The notes under the pieces were generated by a model. The model made no database searches. It had not been told where the DNA came from and was given only the letters and a program-made list of their open reading frames with translations. The translations under genes and the position numbers were made by a program. Source: Eledone cirrhosa (Eukaryota). From it: a stretch of DNA of 64,000 nucleotides. The stretch covers positions 27,218,001-27,282,000 of the forward strand of contig OZ024760.1 in the NCBI GenBank assembly GCA_964016885.1. Direction: 5' to 3'. Position 1 is the first letter of the stretch. Every line of letters starts with the position of its first letter. Shown here one piece after another: positions 56,216 through 64,000 of this stretch.

Positions 56216-56438
56216 CCCTTTAGCATTTAAACCGGCCATATCTGGCCAGAATTCTCTCACCTCTCTCTGTTCAAACCTGCTATAACCGGCTACTCATACT
56301 GACATTAAGGTATTGTTCTCAATATAAATAGTATCAAAATCTTATAGATTCGATATTATGTGAGATAATTACGAGAGATTCAGCTGGTACCACGAAAATA
56401 CAACAGTATATATATAGAGTAATGTAAATGCTAAAGGG
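56216..56438 (+). mobile_element. Intact piggyBac-like MITE
   Basis: TTAA|ccctttagcattta...taaatgctaaaggg|TTAA: 14-bp TIRs starting CCC with TTAA target sites. Other copies at ~26369-26590, ~42380-42480 and ~52840-53052. Confidence 0.85.
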
Positions 56439-57803
56439 TTAACCCAACCTTTTACTCTGCATATAGTATTCAACTGTTTATAGCTACGATGGTGCTGAGA
56501 ATACTACAATTTTATGAAAATTTATATACACTCATCGCTTCAAACTTTTTCAATTAATGTTTTATATATATATATATATCATCATTATTGTTTAACATCT
56601 ATCTTCCATGCTAGCATATATATATATATATATAAAAGAAGACCTGACTTCCCATGAAGCATATAGACAGTATGCCCCCCACTCCCACTGTAAAGTGGTC
56701 GTGTAGGTCTCACAACAAAAAGCACCCAGTCCACACTGTAAAGTGGTCATGTAGCTGTCACAACAAAAAGCACCCAGTCCACACTGTAAAGTGGTCGTGT
56801 AGGTCTCACAACAAAAAACACCCAGTCCACACTGTAGAGTGGTCATGTAGGTGTCACAACAAAAAAAGCATCCAGTCCACACTGTAAAGTTGTTGTGTAG
56901 GTGTCACAATTGTAACACACAATAAATTAAGTTTTGATGTATCACTTATTTTTCCTTTTCCATTCTATATATATATATTTGAAAATGTGTGAGGTCCTTG
57001 GTACAGTTAGGTATATTTGAAAAAAAAAGGAAAAGAATGACTTCACTTTTAGTTCTAAATAATTTGATTTAATTTTATAATATTATAATATTATGAGTTG
57101 GTAGATCTAGTAAGTTCTTTGTTACTCAGTTTGACAATCGCCACCACCACTGATGAATGCGAGAAAGTTCTCCAAGAAAGTTAACCAGGAATCTTTAAAA
57201 TTCTTCCCGCCGAAGTTAACAAAGAACTTACTAGATCTACCAAGGATTGGCAGAATCGGTAGAGGGTCGGACGCCATGCTTTCCAGCATAGTTACGTCCC
57301 TTTACGATCTGAGTTCAAATCCCGCCGAGGTTGACTTTGCCTTTCATCCTTACGGGGTCGATAAAATAAAGTACCAGTAATGTACTGGGTAATTGCTGGC
57401 CTTGTGCCTAAAGTAGAAACAATTATTATTATCATAAAATTAAATCAAATTATTTAGAACTACAAGTGAAGTCATTCTTTTCCTGTTTTCAAATATATAT
57501 ACTATAAATTATGTCCTTAGAATCATTTGATAAGATATATACTCCATTTCCTCTCCCAATTAGCATAATCAAGCACACAAAAACCCAATTAAACCAGGCT
57601 ATAAAATTAAAAGGCACCTGTGTGAAAAAATAATAGCTAAATAAATGCTAGTAATCTATTCACGGTCAACAGCCATAGAATATTTACCCAACATTTCAAC
57701 AGCACGTGGAAATCGATTAAATATATCATCAACCATACACAATTAGGTATAAAATTAAAGTTAGAAGAAAAAATGCATATACACATATATATATATATAT
57801 ATA

Positions 57804-57951
57804 TAATGTATAAAAATCAATACAATATAATTACCTCATTACCAGAGGTTTCCCGAATCTGACGAACGAATGAAGACGTTTCTTTCGTATTCGCCTCATT
57901 CGGGAAACCTCTGGTAATGAGGTAATTATATTGTATTGATTTTTATACATT
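57804..57951. mobile_element. Fold-back element with a hammerhead-like core (family D)
   Basis: ~55-bp inverted arms. The centre reads CUGACGA(57859)-A CGAAUGA...UCAUUCG G-GAAACC[UCU]GGUA^AUGAGG. The 5' strand of stem I is not adjacent, apparently replaced by the inversion. Confidence 0.55.
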
Positions 57952-58283
57952 AAATTTTGCTCTGGAACTTACATAGAGCACTCTTCACTTCTGTTTTCAA
58001 CGGAAATTTCAATACATATATATATATATATATATATACATATATATATCATCATCATCATCTTCGTTTAACGTTCATTTTCCACGCTAGCATGGGTTAG
58101 ACGGGAGTTGTCCCACTTGAGGCAAGGCTGGTCGGGTGACCATGTCTCGCTCATATAGGACTATCTGGCAGGTTTTCTACGGCTGGATGCCCTTCCTAAC
58201 ACCAACCACATTTACAGTGTGGAACTGGGAACTTTTTACCATGTTTCCTACACGATCCATGTTACCTACATATATATATATAT

Positions 58284-58336
<53 letters not shown>

Positions 58337-58642
58337 AGAAAAAAGAGAATCAGTGTTGCGACGAAAGGAATTTATTGGACATATTACAATTGTTTCTCAA
58401 GCGACCAGCTCGAGGCACGATCGGTGTGGTGATCAAACCTCACTCTGTCAGGTTTGATCACCACATCGATCTTGCGTCGAGCTCTATGAGGGCATCGAGT
58501 GCGCATACGGCCTACCACATACGGACGCATTAAGCATCGAACACCAATTATATATATTTATATATATATATACATATATATATACATACATATATATATA
58601 CATATATATATATACATATATATATACATATATATATATATA

Positions 58643-59128
58643 CGAGGCGGGTCAGAAAAGTTCCAGGACTGATGTCACAAAAGATTTATTTCAAACCCAA
58701 ACTTCACACTAAGAGTTTTCTCCTTCAAAGGATTCTTCCGGGATCCTCCACAGTTCTGTCATCACGGCCTTTTTGATGGGTCCCCTCCGGGTTGTACTTG
58801 AAGATCCATGACTCATCACCGGTGATGACTGTCCCTAGCAAGTCTGGTTCGGTTTCAAGACGTCCGAGGATGTCCTGGCACACTTACATGCGTCGACCCT
58901 TCTGGTCATCGTTCAGCAGTTTTGGCACCATCTTCGCGCAGACTTTCCGCATGTCCAAATCTTCAGTGAGAATCTTCCAGACGCTGTCCCGATTTCATGC
59001 CCAGCCCATTTGCCATCAGTCGAACAGTCAGCCAACGATCGCTACACACCATCTGCCTGACGCGCTCAACGTTGACTTCAGTCCTGGTTGTTGAGGGCCT
59101 TCCGCTCCTGGGGCCATCTTCCACGTCC
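58643..59128 (-). mobile_element. Mariner transposon remnant
   Basis: TA|cgaggcgggtcagaaaagttcc terminus. The - frame gives ILTEDLDMRKVCAKMVPKLLNDDQK...DLLGTVITGDESWIFKYNPE, matching the mariner WVPHEL-like and ITGDE(T/S)W motifs. Internally deleted. Confidence 0.85.
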
Positions 59129-59129
59129 G

Positions 59130-60692
59130 CGTTTTCTACGGCTGGATGCCCTTCCTAACACCAACCATGTTTACAGTGTGGACTGGGAGGTTTTTACCGT
59201 GTTACCTACACGGCCACATTACAGCGTGGACTGTATGTTTTTTTGTCGTGACACCTACACGACCTCATTTATTTTGGACTGGATCTTGTGGTACCAACAC
59301 AACTTTACATCGAAAAGGGTGGTGTGGGTGGGGTGGGGGTAGTTGAACGGGGGGGGGGGGGGGGGGTATTTTTGTTAGGAGGTACCTACTGACTGTAGGT
59401 TTCGCTTTGTACTTAGGCAAGGCGGGTCTTCTGTATTACTGTGTAGCGCCAAAGATCTCGGTCCAGTGACATTGTCTTGGAGAGGTGTAAGTGTGTGAGG
59501 TCGGAATTTATCAAGTCGTCCCAGGGTTTTCTGGGTCTGCCTACTCCGTGGCTACCGTCTATTTTTATTGCCCTGCACTTTTTTATACAGCTGTCGTCTT
59601 TCATGCGCATCACGTGACCATACCAACGTAGTCTTCTCTCAAGTAAACAACATCTGATCCCTCTTATTCCTAATTTCTCCCTTAGTTCATTTATGCTTTG
59701 CCGTTCACGTATATTACTATTACACATCCAACGGAGCATGCAAGCTTCGTTCCTCTCCAGTCTGCGTATATCCTCTGCACACAATACCCAAGTCTCACTG
59801 CCATGTAACATTGTTGTTCGTATGCAGGCATCATACAGCCTGCCTTTCATTTTTAGAGAGAACCCATTAGCAGTGGTATAAGCTCTCTGAACTTTTTCCA
59901 TCCCGTTCTGACTCTAGCTACTGTACTTTCAGAGCACCCTCCACCACTGCTGATTTTGTCACCCAGGTAACGGAAGGTGTCCACTATTTCTATAGAACCA
60001 TATGTGCAATAGAATGAGCTAGTATCCTGTGGGCACTTGCTGCTACTTATTGCACCAGAGCACCGGCTACATATAAAATCTATATTCTTAGCTAGCTTAC
60101 CTGTGATCCCACTACATCTTTTATGCACCCATACTTTGCATTTGGGACATAAAATGGAGTTTCTACCTACTCCTTTCCTACACACTGTGCATGGCCATTT
60201 TCCAGATGGGACCAGTGCCCTATTTTCCTTCCTACAAACTAGAACTTTAATCTTAGACAGGTTAATTTTAAGGCCTTTTGATTCTAGGCCATGCTCCATG
60301 TTTAGATTTTCTTCTCTAGTTCAGCCATTGATTCAGCTATGAGCGTTAGATCATCAGCGTATAGGAGTTCCCATAGGCAGCCGGTCTTGAACTCCTCTGT
60401 TATAGCCTGAAGGGCAATAATAAATAGTAGGGGGATAAGGACGGAGCCCTGATGAACACCAAATTTTATGCTAAACTCTTCACTATATTCGTTGTTAATT
60501 CTAACCTTGCTGACTGTTTCTTGATACATGGCTTGTATAGCTCTCACAAGCCATTCATCAACACCTAGTTTTCTAAGAGCCCACTAGATAATGAAGCGTG
60601 GGATTCTGTCAAAGGCTTTCTCCAAGTCAACAAAAGCTAAGTATAGGGGTTTACTTTTAGCTAGGTACTTCTCCTGTAGTTGTCGTACAATG
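59130..60692 (-). mobile_element. RTE LINE fragment including the RT catalytic region
   Basis: IVRQLQEKY...[15 protein letters not shown]...GVHQGSVL.PLLF...LLYADDLTL, then the Cys/His insert, LHGSETW and [11 protein letters not shown]. Contains frameshifts and a stop. Confidence 0.92.
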
Positions 60693-60710
60693 GTATACAT
60701 ATATATATAC

Positions 60711-60743
<33 letters not shown>

Positions 60744-60842
60744 CATATATACATATATATATACACACATATATACATATATACACACATATACATATAT
60801 ATATACACACACACATATATATATATATATATACATACATAT

Positions 60843-60881
<39 letters not shown>

Positions 60882-60984
60882 CATATATACATACATATAT
60901 ATATATACATATATATATATACATATACATATATATATATATACATACACATATATATATATATCTATATCTATATACATACAC

Positions 60985-61017
<33 letters not shown>

Positions 61018-61025
61018 CACATATA

Positions 61026-61057
<32 letters not shown>

Positions 61058-61091
61058 CACACATATATACATATATATATACACACACATA

Positions 61092-61125
<34 letters not shown>

Positions 61126-61138
61126 CATATATATACAT

Positions 61139-61179
<41 letters not shown>

Positions 61180-61223
61180 TATATATATATATATACATAC
61201 ATATATACATACATATATATATA

Positions 61224-61257
<34 letters not shown>

Positions 61258-61344
61258 TACATACATATATATATATATATACATATATATACATACACAT
61301 ATATATATATACATATATATACACATTTATATATATATATACAC

Positions 61345-61395
<51 letters not shown>

Positions 61396-61410
61396 CATAT
61401 ATATATACAC

Positions 61411-61441
<31 letters not shown>

Positions 61442-61560
61442 TATATATATACATATATATACATACACATATATATATACATATATATACATACACATAT
61501 ATATATACATATATACATATATATATATACATATATATATCTATACATATATATATATAC

Positions 61561-61597
<37 letters not shown>

Positions 61598-61757
61598 AAT
61601 ATATATACATACATATATATATACCTACTATCTTGTTGTGATCTGTTTGCATTAATAACCTCTATAACCTCTATAACATCTCTAACCTCTCTCCACTGTT
61701 CGATCACCGAGCAGTACTGTTTTGCTAATCGCATGCTCCTTGCTTGGTTTCTTCCAG

Positions 61758-61918
61758 CTGCCGATTGCTACGAGCTTGGTAGAATAGCCTATCATGATGA
61801 TGACTACTACCATACCGTTCTCTGGATGGACGAAGCTATGTCTCGTTATGATAAGGAAAACGTTAAGACTATCAGTAAAGATGCCCTCCTGGATTACTTA
61901 GCTTTTTCAAACTATAAG
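61758..61918 (+). CDS. P4HA: P4HA coding exon 4 (start of TPR peptide-substrate-binding domain)
   Basis: ttccag acceptor. It reads (A)[53 protein letters not shown], matching the P4HA DCF.LG..AY...DYYHTVLWM motif. Donor AAG|GTATGT. Confidence 0.95.
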
Positions 61919-61959
61919 GTATGTGCTGCTGTACTGATTGTCTGGTAGTTGGTGCAAGT

Positions 61960-62765
61960 TACATGGTCAGTTGGTTGGATGGTGGGGTGGTTGAGTGGAT
62001 GGTCACAGTTGAGTGGTTGGGTGGTTGGTTGGTTGGTTGGTCAGTTGGTTAGTTGAGTGGTTGGGGAGTTGAGTGGTTGGGTAGTGGGTGGTCGGGTAGT
62101 TGAGTGGTCAATTGGTTAGTTGAGTGGTTGGGTAGTTGGGTGGTCGGGTGGTTGAGTGGTCAGTTGATTAGTTGAGTGGTTGGGTAGTTGGGTGGTCGGG
62201 GTGGTTGAGTGGATGGTCAGTTGAGTGGTTGGGTGGTTGAGTGGTCAGTTGGTTAGTTGAGTGTTTGGGTAGTTGGGTGGTCGGGTGGTTGAGTGGTTGG
62301 GTGGTTGAGTGGTCAGTTGGTTAGTTGAGTGGTTGGGTAGTTGGGTGGTCGGGTGGTTGAGTGGATGGTCAGTTGAGTGGTTGGGTGGTTGAGTGGTCAG
62401 TTGGTTAGTTGAGTGGTTGGGTAGTTGGGTGGTCGGGTGGTTGGGTGGTTGAGTGGTCAGTTGGTTAGTTGAGTGGTTGGGTAGTTGGGTGGTCGGGTGG
62501 TTGAGTGGATGGTCAGTTGAGTGGTTGGTTGGTTGAGTGGTCAGTTGGTTGGTTGAGTGGTCAGTTGGTTAGTAGAGTGGTTGGGTAGTTGGGTGGTTGA
62601 GTGGATGGTCAGTTGAGTGGTTGGGTGGTTGGTTAGTTGAGTGGTTGAGTGGTTGGGTGGTTGGTTGGTTGGTTAGTTGAGTGATCAGTTGGTTGGTTGG
62701 GTGGTTGAGTGGATGGTCAGTTGAGTGGTTGGGTGTTTGGATGGTTGGTTGGTTGGATGGTTAGT
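61960..62765 (+). repeat. G/T-rich low-complexity repeat (GGTT/GAGTGGTTGGGT)n
   Basis: Directly visible, immediately downstream of exon 4. Confidence 0.92.
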
Positions 62766-62989
62766 TACCGTCATTGACAGCATTTGGCTGTCTCACCAAC
62801 TTCCTTACGCCGAGTTTTCCCATTATCCTACAAATTCTAATACACTCGCATCTCAAACTCTATGTTCGAGTTAACTTTATATATATATATATATATATAT
62901 ATAGTTCAAGGAAACGACAAAACAGAGGTACAAAAAGTCTTATTAGTTTCACGCTTTATATGGAAAAGGGGAAAGATAGTTCAACATGT

Positions 62990-64000
62990 TAGGTCAGGTG
63001 ACCATGTCTTGTTCATACACAACTGATTTTGGCTTGGTTTCTACAGCTGGATGTCCTTACTAACGGCAACCACATTTACAGTGTGGACTGGGTGCTTTTT
63101 GTCACAACTCCTATATGACCACTTTACAGTGTGGACTGGGTGCTTTTTGTCACAACTCCTATATGACCACTTTACAGTGTGGACTGGGTGCTTTTTGTCA
63201 TGACACCTACAAGACCACTTTACAGTGTGGACTGGGTGCTTTTTGTCACAACTCCTATATGACCACTTTACAGTGTGGACTGGGTGCTTTTTGTCATGAC
63301 ACCTACAAGACCACTTTACAGTGTGGACTGGGTGCTTTTTGTCACAACTCCTATATGACCACTTTACAGTGTGGACTGGGTGCTTTTTGTCATGACACCT
63401 ACAAGACCACTTTACAGTGTGGACTGGGTGCTTTTTGTCACAACTCCTATATAACCACTTTACAGTGTGGACTGGGTGCTTTTTGTCATGACACCTACAA
63501 GACCACTTTACAGTGTGGACTGGGTGCTTTTTGTCACAACTCCTATATGACCACTTTACAGTGTGGACTGGGTGCTTTTTGTCATGACACCTACAAGACC
63601 ACTTTACAGTGTGGACTGGGTGCTTTTTGTCACAACTCCTATATGACCACTTTACAGTGTGGACTGGGTGCTTTTTGTCATGACACCTACAAGACCACTT
63701 TACAGTGTGGACTGGGTGCTTTTTGTCACAACTCCTATATGACCACTTTACAGTGTGGACTGGGTGCTTTTTGTCACAACTCCTATATGACCACTTTACA
63801 GTGTGGACTGGGTGCTTTTTGTCACAACTCCTATATGACCACTTTACAGTGTGGACTGGGTGCTTTTTGTCACAACTCCTATATGACCACTTTACAGTGT
63901 GGACTGGGTGCTTTTTGTCACAACTCCTATATGACTACTTTACAGTGTGGACTGGGTGCTTTTTGTCACAACTGCTGTATGACCACTTTACAGTGTGGAC
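62990..64000 (-). repeat. RTE-tail-derived 48-bp minisatellite running off the window
   Basis: accactttacagtgtggactgggtgctttttgtcacaactcctatatg with two alternating variants. Confidence 0.92.

Overview
AT-rich, microsatellite-saturated animal genomic DNA. The repeat families look cephalopod/Octopus-like, but that is inference. The window holds the first four coding exons of a + strand prolyl 4-hydroxylase alpha subunit gene (4978-5153, 45082-45233, 50173-50334, 61758-61918). All splice sites are GT-AG and the phases join correctly. The first of these introns is ~39.9 kb, and the gene continues past the window. The introns contain RTE and CR1 LINE fragments, two tRNA-derived SINE families, piggyBac- and mariner-type MITEs or remnants, and several TE-derived tandem arrays. 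Nearly all long ORFs in the track are microsatellite artefacts. The main unexplained signal is a set of short non-coding elements from at least six unrelated sequence families. They sit in (TA)n tracts, are often arranged as inverted (fold-back) pairs, and carry type I hammerhead ribozyme motifs (CUGANGA...GAAA...NUH) with pairable stems I/II and a short, often palindromic stem III. This fits non-autonomous Penelope-like (pLTR) or retrozyme-like elements. Several of the ribozyme motifs lie on the pre-mRNA sense strand. All folds were derived by eye; none has been computed or tested.
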